In this document: one piece after another, positions 28,001 to 43,000 of the stretch | Position numbering within the stretch: position 1 is the stretch's first letter | How the letters are laid out: each line of letters opens with the position of its first letter | Origin: Eledone cirrhosa | Lineage: Eukaryota | DNA length: 64,000 bases | Direction: 5' to 3' | Assembly (NCBI GenBank): GCA_964016885.1 | Contig: OZ024748.1 | Location: forward strand, 31,434,001-31,498,000 | Notes under the pieces: model-generated | Told to the model about the DNA's origin: nothing | The model's database searches: none | Seen by the model: the letters and a program-made list of their open reading frames with translations, nothing else | Position numbers and translations under genes: made by a program

Positions 28001-31000
28001 TGGGGGGTAGGTGGAGGACGACGTTTCGGGCATAAGCCCTTTCAGGTGAGAGTTCAAAAGGTGTGTAGGGGAGTGGTGGAGAGACATATAGCGAAAGGAA
28101 ACGGTGCGAATGAAAAATTAACAAATAAAGACAAACAATTGTAGGAACACAGGCAAAGAATCATATACGGAAAAAAAAGGGGTACGGTAACAAAATCAAA
28201 CAGAGGTAATGCGTGGAAGGAAAGACAAAGTGTGGGAAGGTGTGTAAAGTTCGGAGAAAGGTCACGGCGGATTAGATCGGGGTTGAGCCGGTTGTTAAGT
28301 TAAGTTCCAAGGATGGAGGCCGTGTGAGCGTGTGTTTTGTATAATGAAAAATTGAACAGGGACAGAACAGAGAGGCAGTACGACAAATGTTTATTAAATT
28401 CACGCTCAGGAGAGTGGGGGGTAGGTAGAGGACTACGTTTCGGGCATAGGCCCTTCTTCAGCTGAGAGTTCAAAAGGTGTGTAGGGGAGTGGTGGAGAGA
28501 CATATAGCGAAAGGAAACGGTGCGAATGAAAAATTAACAAATAAAGACAAACAATCGTAGGAACACAGGCAAAGAATCATATACGGAAAAAAAAGGGGTA
28601 CGGTAACAAAATCAAACAGAGGTAATGCGTGGAAGGAAAGACAAAGTGTGGGAAGGTGTGTAAAGTTCGGAGAAAGGTCACGGCGGATTAGATCGGTGTT
28701 GAGCCGGTTGTTAAGTTAAGTTCCAAGGATGGAGGCCGTGTGAGCGTGTGTTTTGTATAATGAAAAATTGAACAGGGACAGAACAGAGAGGCAGTACGAC
28801 AAATGTTTATTAAATTCACGCTCAGGAGAGTGGGGGGTAGGTGGAGGACGACGTTTCGGGCATAAGCCCTTCTTCAGGTGAGAGTTCAAAAGGTGTGTAG
28901 GGGAGTGGTGGAGAGACATATAGCGAAAGGAAACGGTGCGAATGAAAAATTAACAAATAAAGACCAACAATTGTAGGAACACAGGCAAAGAATCATATAC
29001 GGAAAAAAAAGGGGTACGGTAACAAAATCAAACAGAGGTAATGCGTGGAAGGAAAGACAAAGTGTGGGAAGGTGTGTAAAGTTCGGAGAAAGGTCACGGC
29101 GGATTAGATCGGGGTTGAGCCGGTTGTTAAGTTAAGTTCCAAGGATGGAGGCCGTGTGAGCGTGTGTTTTGTATAATGAAAAATTGAACAGGGACAGAAC
29201 AGAGAGGCAGTACGACAAATGTTTATTAAATTCACGCTCAGGAGAGTGGGGGGTAGGTGGAGGACGACGTTTCGGGCATAAGCCCTTCTTCAGGTGAGAG
29301 TTCAAATGGTGTGTAGGGGAGTGGTGGAGAGACATATAGCGAAAGGAAACGGTGCGAATGAAAAATTAACAAATAAAGACAAACAATTGTAGGAACACAG
29401 GCAAAGAATCATATACGGAAAAAAAAGCGGTACGGTAACAAAATCAAACAGAGGTAATGCGTGGAAGGAAAGACAAAGTGTGGGAAGGTGTGTAAAGTTC
29501 GGAGAAAGGTCACGGCGGATTAGATCGGGGTTGAGCCGGTTGTTAAGTTAAGTTCCAAGGATGGAGGCCGTGTGAGCGTGTGTTTTGTATAATGAAAAAT
29601 TGAACAGGGACAGAACAGAGAGGCAGTACGACAAATGTTTATTAAATTCACGCTCAGGAGAGTGGGGGGTAGGTGGAGGACGACGTTTCGGGCATAAGCC
29701 CTTCTTCAGGTGAGAGTTCAAATGGTGTGTAGGGGAGTGGTGGAGAGACATATAGCGAAAGGAAACGGTGCGAATGAAAAATTAACAAATAAAGACAAAC
29801 AATTGTAGGAACACAGGCAAAGAATCATATACGGAAAAAAAAGCGGTACGGTAACAAAATCAAACAGAGGTAATGCGTGGAAGGAAAGACAAAGTGTGGG
29901 AAGGTGTGTAAAGTTCGGAGAAAGGTCACGGCGGATTAGATCGGGGTTGAGCCGGTTGTTAAGTTAAGTTCCAAGGATGGAGGCCGTGTGAGCGTGTGTT
30001 TTGTATAATGAAAAATTGAACAGGGACATAACAGAGAGGCAGTACGACAAATGTTTATTAAATTCACGCTCAGGAGAGTGGGGGGTAGGTGGAGTACGAC
30101 GTTTCGGGCATAAGCCCTTCTTCAGGTGAGAGTTCAAAAGGTGTGTAGGGGAGTGGTGGAGAGACATATAGCGAAAGGAAACGGTGCGAATGAAAAATTA
30201 ACAAATAAAGACAAACAATTGTAGGTACACAGGCAAAGAATCATATACGGAAAAAAAAGGGGTACGGTAACAAAATCAAACAGAGGTAATGCGTGGAAGG
30301 AAAGACAAAGTGTGGGAAGGTGTGTAAAGTTCGGAGAAAGGTCACGGCGGATTAGATCGGGGTTGAGCCGGTTGTTAAGTTAAGTTCCAAGGATGGAGGC
30401 CGTGTGAGCGTGTGTTTTGTATAATGAAAAATTGAACAGGGACAGAACAGAGAGGCAGTACGACAAATGTTTATTAAATTCACGCTCAGGAGAGTGGGGG
30501 GTAGGTGGAGGACGACGTTTCGGGCATAAGCCCTTCTTCAGGTGAGAGTTCAAAAGGTGTGTAGGGGAGTGGTGGAGAGACATATAGCGAAAGGAAACGG
30601 TGCGAATGAAAAATTAACAAATAAAGACAAACAATTGTAGGAACACAGGCAAAGAATCATATACGGAAAAAAAAGGGGTACGGTAACAAAATCAAACAGA
30701 GGTAATGCGTGGAAGGAAAGACAAAGTGTGGGAAGGTGTGTAAAGTTCGGAGAAAGGTCACGGCGGATTAGATCGGGGTTGAGCCGGTTGTTAAGTTAAG
30801 TTCCAAGGATGGAGGCCGTGTGAGCGTGTGTTTTGTATAATGAAAAATTGAACAGGGACAGAACAGAGAGGCAGTACGACAAATGTTTATTAAATTCACG
30901 CTCAGGAGAGTGGGGGGTAGGTGGAGGACGACGTTTCGGGCATAAGCCCTTCTACAGGTGAGAGTTCAAAAGGTGTGTAGGGGAGTGGTGGAGAGACATA

Positions 31001-34000
31001 TAGCGAAAGGAAACGGTGCGAATGAAAAATTAACAAATAAAGACAAACAATTGTAGGAACACAGGCAAAGAATCATATACGGAAAAAAAAGGGGTACGGT
31101 AACAAAATCAAACAGAGGTAATGCGTGGAAGGAAAGACAAAGTGTGGGAAGGTGTGTAAAGTTCGGAGAAAGGTCACGGCGGATTAGATCGGGGTTGAGC
31201 CGGTTGTTAAGTTAAGTTCCAAGGATGGAGGCCGTGTGAGCGTGTGTTTTGTATAATGAAAAATTGAACAGGGACAGAACAGAGAGGCAGTACGACAAAT
31301 GTTTATTAAATTCACGCTCAGGAGAGTGGGGGGTAGGTGGAGGACGACGTTTCGGGCATAAGCCCTTCTTCAGGTGAGAGTTCAAAAGGTGTGTAGGGGA
31401 GTGGTGGAGAGACATATAGCGAAAGGAAACGGTGCGAATGAAAAATTAACAAATAAAGACAAACAATTGTAGGAACACAGGCAAAGAATCATATACGGAA
31501 AAAAAAGCGGTACGGTAACAAAATCAAACAGAGGTAATGCGTGGAAGGAAAGACAAAGTGTGGGAAGGTGTGTAAAGTTCGGAGAAAGGTCACGGCGGAT
31601 TAGATCGGGGTTGAGCCGGTTGTTAAGTTAAGTTCCAAGGATGGAGGCCGTGTGAGCGTGTGTTTTGTATAATGAAAAATTGAACAGGGACAGAACAGAG
31701 AGGCAGTACGACAAATGTTTATTAAATTCACGCTCAGGAGAGTGGGGGGTAGGTGGAGGACGACGTTTCGGGCATAAGCCCTTCTTCAGGTGAGAGTTCA
31801 AAAGGTGTGTAGGGGAGTGGTGGAGAGACATATAGCGAAAGGAAACGGTGCGAATGAAAAATTAACAAATAAAGACAAACAATTGTAGGAACACAGGCAA
31901 AGAATCATATACGGAAAAAAAAGCGGTACGGTAACAAAATCAAACAGAGGTAATGCGTGGAAGGAAAGACAAAGTGTGGGAAGGTGTGTAAAGTTCGGAG
32001 AAAGGTCACGGCGGATTAGATCGGGGTTGAGCCGGTTGTTAAGTTAAGTTCCAAGGATGGAGGCCGTGTGAGCGTGTGTTTTGTATAATGAAAAATTGAA
32101 CAGGGACAGAACAGAGAGGCAGTACGACAAATGTTTATTAAATTCACGCTCAGGAGAGTGGAGGGTAGGTGGAGGACGACGTTTCGGGCATAAGCCCTTC
32201 TTCAGGTGAGAGTTCAAAAGGTGTGTAGGGGAGTGGTGGAGAGACATATAGCGAAAGGAAACGGTGCGAATGAAAAATTAACAAATAAAGACAAGCAATT
32301 GTAGGAACACAGGCAAAGAATCATATACGGAAAAAAAAGGGGTACGGTAACAAAATCAAACAGAGGTAATGCGTGGAAGGAAAGACAAAGTGTGGGAAGG
32401 TGTGTAAAGTTCGGAGAAAGGTCACGGCGGATTAGATCGGGGTTGAGCCGGTTGTTAAGTTAAGTTCCAAGGATGGAGGCCGTGTGAGCGTGTGTTTTGT
32501 ATAATGAAAAATTGAACAGGGACAGAACAGAGAGGCAGTACGACAAATGTATATTAAATTCACGCTCAGGAGAGTGGGGGGTAGGTGGAGGACGACGTTT
32601 CGGGCATAAGCCCTTCTTCAGGTGAGAGTTCAAAAGGTGTGTAGGGGAGTGGTGGAGAGACATATAGCGAAAGGAAACGGTGCGAATGAAAAATTAACAA
32701 ATAAAGACAAACAATTGTAGGAACACAGGCAAAGAATCATATACGGAAAAAAAGGGGTACGGTAACAAAATCAAACAGAGGTAATGCGTGGAAGGAAAGA
32801 CAAAGTGTGGGAAGGTGTGTAAAGTTCGGAGAAAGGTCACGGCGGATTAGATCGGGGTTGAGCCGGTTGTTAAGTTAAGTTCCAAGGATGGAGGCCGTGT
32901 GAGCGTGTGTTTTGTATAATGAAAAATTGAACAGGGACAGAACAGAGAGGCAGTACGACAAATGTTTATTAAATTCACGCTCAGGAGAGTGGGGGGTAGG
33001 TGGAGGACGACGTTTCGGGCATAAGCCCTTCTTCAGGTGAGAGTTCAAAAGGTGTGTAGGGGAGTGGTGGAGAGACATATAGCGAAAGGAAACGGTGCGA
33101 ATGAAAAATTAACAAATAAAGACAAACAATTGTAGGAACACAGGCAAAGAATCATATACGGAAAAAAAAGCGGTACGGTAACAAAATCAAACAGAGGTAA
33201 TGCGTGGAAGGAAAGACAAAGTGTGGGAAGGTGTGTAAAGTTCGGAGAAAGGTCACGGCGGATTAGATCGGGGTTGAGCCGGTTGTTAAGTTAAGTTCCA
33301 AGGATGGAGGCCGTGTGAGCGTGTGTTTTGTATAATGAAAAATTGAACAGGGACATAACAGAGAGGCAGTACGACAAATGTTTATTAAATTCACGCTCAG
33401 GAGAGTGGGGGGTAGGTGGAGGACGACGTTTCGGGCATAAGCCCTTCTTCAGGTGAGAGTTCAAAAGGTGTGTAGGGGAGTGGTGGAGAGACATATAGCG
33501 AAAGGAAACGGTGCGAATGAAAAATTAACAAATAAAGACAAACAATTGTAGGAACACAGGCAAAGAATCATATACGGAAAAAAAAGCGGTACGGTAACAA
33601 AATCAAACAGAGGTAATGCGTGGAAGGAAAGACAAAGTGTGGGAAGGTGTGTAAAGTTCGGAGAAAGGTCACGGCGGATTAGATCGGGGTTGAGCCGGTT
33701 GTTAAGTTAAGTTCCAAGGATGGAGGCCGTGTGAGCGTGTGTTTTGTATAATGAAAAATTGAACAGTGACAGAACAGAGAGGCAGTACGACAAATGTTTA
33801 TTAAATTCACGCTCAGGAGAGTGGGGGGTAGGTGGAGGACGACGTTTCGGGCATAAGCCCATCTTCAGGTGAGAGTTCAAAAGGTGTGTAGGGGAGTGGT
33901 GGAGAGACATATAGCGAAAGGAAACGGTGCGAATGAAAAATTAACAAATAAAGACCAACAATTGTAGGAACACAGGCAAAGAATCATATACGGAAAAAAA

Positions 34001-37000
34001 AGGGGTACGGTAACAAAATCAAACAGAGGTAATGCGTGGAAGGAAAGACAAAGTGTGGGAAGGTGTGTAAAGTTCGGAGAAAGGTCACGGCGGATTAGAT
34101 CGGGGTTGAGCCGGTTGTTAAGTTAAGTTCCAAGGATGGAGGCCGTGTGAGCGTGTGTTTTGTATAATGAAAAATTGAACAGGGACAGAACAGAGAGGCA
34201 GTACGACAAATGTTTATTAAATTCACGCCCAGGAGAGTGGGGGGTAGGTGGAGGACGACGTTTCGGGCATAAGCCCTTCTTCAGGTGAGAGTTCAAAAGG
34301 TGTGTAGGGGAGTGGTGGAGAGACATATAGCGAAAGGAAACGGTGCGAATGAAAAATTAACAAATAAAGACAAACAATTGTAGGAACACAGGCAAAGAAT
34401 CATATACGGAAAAAAAAGCGGTACGGTAACAAAATCAAACAGAGGTAATGCGTGGAAGGAAAGACAAAGTGTGGGAAGGTGTGTAAAGTTCGGAGAAAGG
34501 TCACGGCGGATTAGATCGGGGTTGAGCCGGTTGTTAAGTTAAGTTCCAAGGATGGAGGCCGTGTGAGCGTGTGTTTTGTATAATGAAAAATTGAACAGGG
34601 ACAGAACAGAGAGGCAGTACGACAAATGTTTATTAAATTCACGCTCAGGAGAGTGGGGGGTAGGTGGAGGACGACGTTTCGGGCATAAGCCCTTCTTCAG
34701 GTGAGAGTTCAAAAGGTGTGTAGGGGAGTGGTGGAGAGACATATAGCGAAAGGAAACGGTGCGAATGAAAAATTAACAAATAAAGACAAACAATTGTAGG
34801 AACACAGGCAAAGAATCATATACGAAAAAAAAAGCGGTACGGTAACAAAATCAAACAGAGGTAATGCGTGGAAGGAAAGACAAAGTGTGGGAAGGTGTGT
34901 AAAGTTCGGAGAAAGGTCACGGCGGATTAGATCGGGGTTGAGCCGGTTGTTAAGTTAAGTTCCAAGGATGGAGGCCGTGTGAGCGTGTGTTTTGTATAAT
35001 GAAAAATTGAACAGGGACATAACAGAGAGGCAGTACGACAAATGTTTATTAAATTCACGCTCAGGAGAGTGGGGGGTAGGTGGAGGACGACGTTTCGGGC
35101 ATAAGCCCTTCTTCAGGTGAGAGTTCAAAAGGTGTGTAGGGGAGTGGTGGAGAGACATATAGCGAAAGGAAACGGTGCGAATGAAAAATTAACAAATAAA
35201 GACAAACAATTGTAGGAACACAGGCAAAGAATCATATACGGAAAAAAAAGGGGTACGGTAACAAAATCAAACAGAGGTAATGCGTGGAAGGAAAGACAAA
35301 GTGTGGGAAGGTGTGTAAAGTTCGGAGAAAGGTCACGGCGGATTAGATCGGGGTTGAGCCGGTTGTTAAGTTAAGTTCCAAGGATGGAGGCCGTGTGAGC
35401 GTGTGTTTTGTATAATGAAAAATTGAACAGGGACAGAACAGAGAGGCAGTACGACAAATGTTTATTAAATTCACGCTCAGGAGAGTGGGAGGTAGGTGGA
35501 GGACGACGTTTCGGGCATAAGCCCTTCTTCAGGTGAGAGTTCAAAAGGTGTGTAGGGGAGTGGTGGAGAGACATATAGCGAAAGGAAACGGTGCGAATGA
35601 AAAATTAACAAATAAAGACAAACAATTGTAGGAACACAGGCAAAGAATCATATACGGAAAAAAAGGGGTACGGTAACAAAATCAAACAGAAGTAATGCGT
35701 GGAAGGAAAGACAAAGTGTGGGAAGGTGTGTAAAGTTCGGAGAAAGGTCACGGCGGATTAGATCGGGGTTGAGCCGGTTGTTAAGTTAAGTTCCAAGGAT
35801 GGAGGCCGTGTGAGCGTGTGTTTTGTATAATGAAAAATTGAACAGGGACAGAACAGAGAGGCAGTACGACAAATGTTTATTAAATTCACGCTCAGGAGAG
35901 TGGGGGGTAGGTGGAGGACGACGTTTCGGGCATAAGCCCTTCTTCAGGTGAGAGTTCAAAAGGTGTGTAGGGGAGTGGTGGAGAGACATATAGCGAAAGG
36001 AAACGGTGCGAATGAAAAATTAACAAATAAAGACAAACAATTGTAGGAACACAGGCAAAGAATCATATACGGAAAAAAAAGGGGTACGGTAACATAATCA
36101 AACAGAGGTAATGCGTGGAAGGAAAGACAAAGTGTGGGAAGGTGTGTAAAGTTCGGAGAAAGGTCACGGCGGATTAGATCGGGGTTGAGCCGGTTGTTAA
36201 GTTAAGTTCCAAGGATGGAGGCCGTGTGAGCGTGTGTTTTGTATAATGAAAAATTGAACAGGGACAGAACAGAGAGGCAGTACGACAAATGTTTATTAAA
36301 TTCACGCTCAGGAGAGTGGGGGGTAGGTGGAGGACGACGTTTCGGGCATAAGCCCTTCTTCAGGTGAGAGTTCAAAAGGTGTGTAGGGGAGTGGTGGAGA
36401 GACATATAGCGAAAGGAAACGGTGCGAATGAAAAATTAACAAATAAAGACAAACAATTGTAGGAACACAGGCAAAGAATCATATACGGAAAAAAAAGCGG
36501 TACGGTAACAAAATCAAACAGAGGTAATGCGTGGAAGGAAAGACAAAGTGTGGGAAGGTGTGTAAAGTTCGGAGAAAGGTCACGGCGGATTAGATCGGGG
36601 TTGAGCCGGTTGTTAAGTTAAGTTCCAAGGATGGAGGCCGTGTGAGCGTGTGTTTTGTATAATGAAAAATTGAACAGGGACAGAACAGAGAGGCAGTACG
36701 ACAAATGTTTATTAAATTCACGCTCAGGAGAGTGGGGGGTAGGTGGAGGACGACGTTTCGGGCATAAGCCCTTCTTCAGGTGAGAGTTCAAAAGGTGTGT
36801 AGGGGAGTGGTGGAGAGACATATAGCGAAAGGAAACGGTGCGAATGAAAAATTAACAAATAAAGACAAACAATTGTAGGAACACAGGCAAAGAATCATAT
36901 ACGGAAAAAAAAGCGGTACGGTAACAAAATCAAACAGAGGTAATGCGTGGAAGGAAAGACAAAGTGTGGGAAGGTGTGTAAAGTTCGGAGAAAGGTCACG

Positions 37001-40000
37001 GCGGATTAGATCGGGGTTGAGCCGGTTGTTAAGTTAAGTTCCAAGGATGGAGGCCGTGTGAGCGTGTGTTTTGTATAATGAAAAATTGAACAGGGACAGA
37101 ACAGAGAGGCAGTACGACAAATGTTTATTAAATTCACGCTCAGGAGAGTGGAGGGTAGGTGGAGGACGACGTTTCGGGCATAAGCCCTTCTTCAGGTGAG
37201 AGTTCAAAAGGTGTGTAGGGGAGTGGTGGAGAGACATATAGCGAAAGGAAACGGTGCGAATGAAAAATTAACAAATAAAGACAAGCAATTGTAGGAACAC
37301 AGGCAAAGAATGATATACGGAAAAAAAAGGGGTACGGTAACAAAATCAAACAGAGGTAATGCGTGGAAGGAAAGACAAAGTGTGGGAAGGTGTGTAAAGT
37401 TCGGAGAAAGGTCACGGCGGATTAGATCGGGGTTGAGCCGGTTGTTAAGTTAAGTTCCAAGGATGGAGGCCGTGTGAGCGTGTGTTTTGTATAATGAAAA
37501 ATTGAACAGGGACAGAACAGAGAGGCAGTACGACAAATGTATATTAAATTCACGCTCAGGAGAGTGGGGGGTAGGTGGAGGACGACGTTTCGGGCATAAG
37601 CCCTTCTTCAGGTGAGAGTTCAAAAGGTCTGTAGGGGAGTGGTGGAGAGACATATAGCGAAAGGAAACGGTGCGAATGAAAAATTAACAAATAAAGACAA
37701 ACAATTGTAGGAACACAGGCAAAGAATCATATACGGAAAAAAAAGGGGTACGGTAACAAAATCAAACAGAGGTAATGCGTGGAAGGAAAGACAAAGTGTG
37801 GGAAGGTGTGTAAAGTTCGGAGAAAGGTCACGGCGGATTAGATCGGGGTTGAGCCGGTTGTTAAGTTAAGTTCCAAGGATGGAGGCCGTGTGAGCGTGTG
37901 TTTTGTATAATGAAAAATTGAACAGGGACAGAACAGAGAGGCAGTACGACAAATGTTTATTAAATTCACGCTCAGGAGAGTGGGGGGTAGGTGGAGGACG
38001 ACGTTTCGGGCATAAGCCCTTCTTCAGGTGAGAGTTCAAAAGGTGTGTAGGGGAGTGGTGGAGAGACATATAGCGAAAGGAAACGGTGCGAATGAAAAAT
38101 TAACAAATAAAGACAAACAATTGTAGGAACACAGGCAAAGAATCATATACGGAAAAAAAAGGGGTACGGTAACAAAATCAAACAGAGGTAATGCGTGGAA
38201 GGAAAGACAAAGTGTGGGAAGGTGTGTAAAGTTCGGAGAAAGGTCACGGCGGATTAGATCGGGGTTGAGCCGGTTGTTAAGTTAAGTTCCAAGGATGGAG
38301 GCCGTGTGAGCGTGTGTTTTGTATAATGAAAAATTGAACAGGGACAGAACAGAGAGGCAGTACGACAAATGTTTATTAAATTCACGCTCAGGAGAGTGGG
38401 GGGTAGGTGGAGGACGACGTTTCGGGCATAAGCCCTTCTTCAGGTGAGAGTTCAAATGGTGTGTAGGGGAGTGGTGGAGAGACATATAGCGAAAGGAAAC
38501 GGTGCGAATGAAAAATTAACAAATAAAGACAAACAATTGTAGGAACACAGGCAAAGAATCATATACGGAAAAAAAAGGGGTACGGTAACAAAATCAAACA
38601 GAGGTAATGCGTGGAAGGAAAGACAAAGTGTGGGAAGGTGTGTAAAGTTCGGAGAAAGGTCACGGCGGATTAGATCGGGGTTGAGCCGGTTGTTAAGTTA
38701 AGTTCCAAGGATGGAGGCCGTGTGAGCGTGTGTTTTGTATAATGAAAAATTGAACAGGGACAGAACAGAGAGGCAGTACGACAAATGTTTATTAAATTCA
38801 CGCTCAGGAGAGTGGGGGGTAGGTGGAGGACGACGTTTCGGGCATAAGCCCTTCTTCAGGTGAGAGTTCAAAAGGTGTGTAGGGGAGTGGTGGAGAGACA
38901 TATAGCGAAAGGAAACGGTACGAATGAAAAATTAACAAATAAAGACAAACAATTGTAGGAACACAGGCAAAGAATCATATACGAAAAAAAAAGCGGTACG
39001 GTAACAAAATCAAACAGAGGTAATGCGTGGAAGGAAAGACAAAGTGTGGGAAGGTGTGTAAAGTTCGGAGAAAGGTCACGGCGGATTAGATCGGGGTTGA
39101 GCCGGTTGTTAAGTTAAGTTCCAAGGATGGAGGCCGTGTGAGCGTGTGTTTTGTATAATGAAAAATTGAACAGGGACAGAACAGAGAGGCAGTACGACAA
39201 ATGTTTATTAAATTCACGCTCAGGAGAGTGGGGGGTAGGTGGAGGACGACGTTTCGGGCATAAGCCCTTCTTCAGGTGAGAGTTCAAAAGGTGTGTAGGG
39301 GAGTGGTGGAGAGACATATAGCGAAAGGAAACGGTGCGAATGAAAAATTAACAAATAAAGACAAACAATTGTAGGAACACAGGCAAAGAATCATATACGG
39401 AAAAAAAAGCGGTACGGTAACAAAATCAAACAGAGGTAATGCGTGGAAGGAAAGACAAAGTGTGGGAAGGTGTGTAAAGTTCGGAGAAAGGTCACGGCGG
39501 ATTAGATCGGGGTTGAGCCGGTTGTTAAGTTAAGTTCCAAGGATGGAGGCCGTGTGAGCGTGTGTTTTGTATAATGAAAAATTGAACAGGGACAGAACAG
39601 AGAGGCAGTACGACAAATGTTTATTAAATTCACGCTCAGGAGAGTGGAGGGTAGGTGGAGGACGACGTTTCGGGCATAAGCCCTTCTTCAGGTGAGAGTT
39701 CAAAAGGTGTGTAGGGGAGTGGTGGAGAGACATATAGCGAAAGGAAACGGTGCGAATGAAAAATTAACAAATAAAGACAAGCAATTGTAGGAACACAGGC
39801 AAAGAATCATATACGGAAAAAAAAGGGGTACGGTAACAAAATCAAACAGAGGTAATGCGTGGAAGGAAAGACAAAGTGTGGGAAGGTGTGTAAAGTTCGG
39901 AGAAAGGTCACGGCGGATTAGATCGGGGTTGAGCCGGTTGTTAAGTTAAGTTCCAAGGATGGAGGCCGTGTGAGCGTGTGTTTTGTATAATGAAAAATTG

Positions 40001-43000
40001 AACAGGGACAGAACAGAGAGGCAGTACGACAAATGTATATTAAATTCACGCTCAGGAGAGTGGGGGGTAGGTGGAGGACGACGTTTCGGGCATAAGCCCT
40101 TCTTCAGGTGAGAGTTCAAAAGGTGTGTAGGGGAGTGGTGGAGAGACATATAGCGAAAGGAAACGGTGCGAATGAAAAATTAACAAATAAAGACAAACAA
40201 TTGTAGGAACACAGGCAAAGAATCATATACGGAAAAAAAGGGGTACGGTAACAAAATCAAACAGAGGTAATGCGTGGAAGGAAAGACAAAGTGTGGGAAG
40301 GTGTGTAAAGTTCGGAGAAAGGTCACGGCGGATTAGATCGGGGTTGAGCCGGTTGTTAAGTTAAGTTCCAAGGATGGAGGCCGTGTGAGCGTGTGTTTTG
40401 TATAATGAAAAATTGAACAGGGACAGAACAGAGAGGCAGTACGACAAATGTTTATTAAATTCACGCTCAGGAGAGTGGGGGGTAGGTGGAGGACGACGTT
40501 TCGGGCATAAGCCCTTCTTCAGGTGAGAGTTCAAAAGGTCTGTAGGGGAGTGGTGGAGAGACATATAGCGAAAGGAAACGGTGCGAATGAAAAATTAACA
40601 AATAAAGACAAACAATTGTAGGAACACAGGCAAAGAATCATATACGGAAAAAAAAGCGGTACGGTAACAAAATCAAACAGAGGTAATGCGTGGAAGGAAA
40701 GACAAAGTGTGGGAAGGTGTGTAAAGTTCGGAGAAAGGTCACGGCGGATTAGATCGGGGTTGAGCCGGTTGTTAAGTTAAGTTCCAAGGATGGAGGCCGT
40801 GTGAGCGTGTGTTTTGTATAATGAAAAATTGAACAGGGACATAACAGAGAGGCAGTACGACAAATGTTTATTAAATTCACGCTCAGGAGAGTGGGGGGTA
40901 GGTGGAGGACGACGTTTCGGGCATAAGCCCTTCTTCAGGTGAGAGTTCAAAAGGTGTGTAGGGGAGTGGTGGAGAGACATATAGCGAAAGGAAACGGTGC
41001 GAATGAAAAATTAACAAATAAAGACAAACAATTGTAGGAACACAGGCAAAGAATCATATACGGAAAAAAAAGCGGTACGGTAACAAAATCAAACAGAGGT
41101 AATGCGTGGAAGGAAAGACAAAGTGTGGGAAGGTGTGTAAAGTTCGGAGAAAGGTCACGGCGGATTAGATCGGGGTTGAGCCGGTTGTTAAGTTAAGTTC
41201 CAAGGATGGAGGCCGTGTGAGCGTGTGTTTTGTATAATGAAAAATTGAACAGGGACAGAACAGAGAGGCAGTACGACAAATGTTTATTAAATTCACGCCC
41301 AGGAGAGTGGGGGGTAGGTGGAGGACGACGTTTCGGGCATAAGCCCTTCTTCAGGTGAGAGTTCAAAAGGTGTGTAGGGGAGTGGTGGAGAGACATATAG
41401 CGAAAGGAAACGGTGCGAATGAAAAATTAACAAATAAAGACAAGCAATTGTAGGAACACAGGCAAAGAATCATATACGGAAAAAAAAGGGGTACGGTAAC
41501 AAAATCAAACAGAGGTAATGCGTGGAAGGAAAGACAAAGTGTGGGAAGGTGTGTAAAGTTCGGAGAAAGGTCATGGCGGATTAGATCGGGGTTGAGCCGG
41601 TTGTTAAGTTAAGTTCCAAGGATGGAGGCCGTGTGAGCGTGTGTTTTGTATAATGAAAAATTGAACAGGGACAGAACAGAGAGGCAGTACGACAAATGTT
41701 TATTAAATTCACGCTCAGGAGAGTGGGGGGTAGGTGGAGGACGACGTTTCGGGCATAAGCCCTTCTTCAGGTGAGAGTTCAAAAGGTGTGTAGGGGAGTG
41801 GTGGAGAGACATATAGCGAAAGGAAACGGTGCGAATGAAAAATTAACAAATAAAGACAAGCAATTGTAGGAACACAGGCAAAGAATCATATACGGAAAAA
41901 AAAGGGGTACGGTAACAAAATCAAACAGAGGTAATGCGTGGAAGGAAAGACAAAGTGTGGGAAGGTGTGTAAAGTTCGGAGAAAGGTCACGGCGGATTAG
42001 ATCGGGGTTGAGCCGGTTGTTAAGTTAAGTTCCAAGGATGGAGGCCGTGTGAGCGTGTGTTTTGTATAATGAAAAATTGAACAGGGACAGAACAGAGAGG
42101 CAGTACGACAAATGTTTATTAAATTCACGCTCAGGAGAGTGGGGGGTAGGTGGAGGACGACGTTTCGGGCATAAGCCCTTCTTCAGGTGAGAGTTCAAAA
42201 GGTGTGTAGGGGAGTGGTGGAGAGACATATAGCGAAAGGAAACGGTGCGAATGAAAAATTAACAAATAAAGACAAACAATTGTAGGAACACAGACAAAGA
42301 ATCATATACGGAAAAAAAAGGGGTACGGTAACAAAATCAAACAGAGGTAATGCGTGGAAGGAAAGACAAAGTGTGGGAAGGTGTGTAAAGTTCGGAGAAA
42401 GGTCACGGCGGATTAGATCGGGGTTGAGCCGGTTGTTAAGTTAAGTTCCAAGGATGGAGGCCGTGTGAGCGTGTGTTTTGTATAATGAAAAATTGAACAG
42501 GGACAGAACAGAGAGGCAGTACGACAAATGTTTATTAAATTCACGCTCAGGAGAGTGGGGGGTAGGTGGAGGACGACGTTTCGGGCATAAGCCCTTCTTC
42601 AGGTGAGAGTTCAAAAGGTGTGTAGGGGAGTGGTGGAGAGACATATAGCGAAAGGAAACGGTACGAATGAAAAATTAACAAATAAAGACAAACAATTGTA
42701 GGAACACAGGCAAAGAATCATATACGAAAAAAAAAGCGGTACGGTAACAAAATCAAACAGAGGTAATGCGTGGAAGGAAAGACAAAGTGTGGGAAGGTGT
42801 GTAAAGTTCGGAGAAAGGTCACGGCGGATTAGATCGGGGTTGAGCCGGTTGTTAAGTTAAGTTCCAAGGATGGAGGCCGTGTGAGCGTGTGTTTTGTATA
42901 ATGAAAAATTGAACAGGGACAGAACAGAGAGGCAGTACGACAAATGTTTATTAAATTCACGCTCAGGAGAGTGGGGGGTAGGTGGAGGACGACGTTTCGG

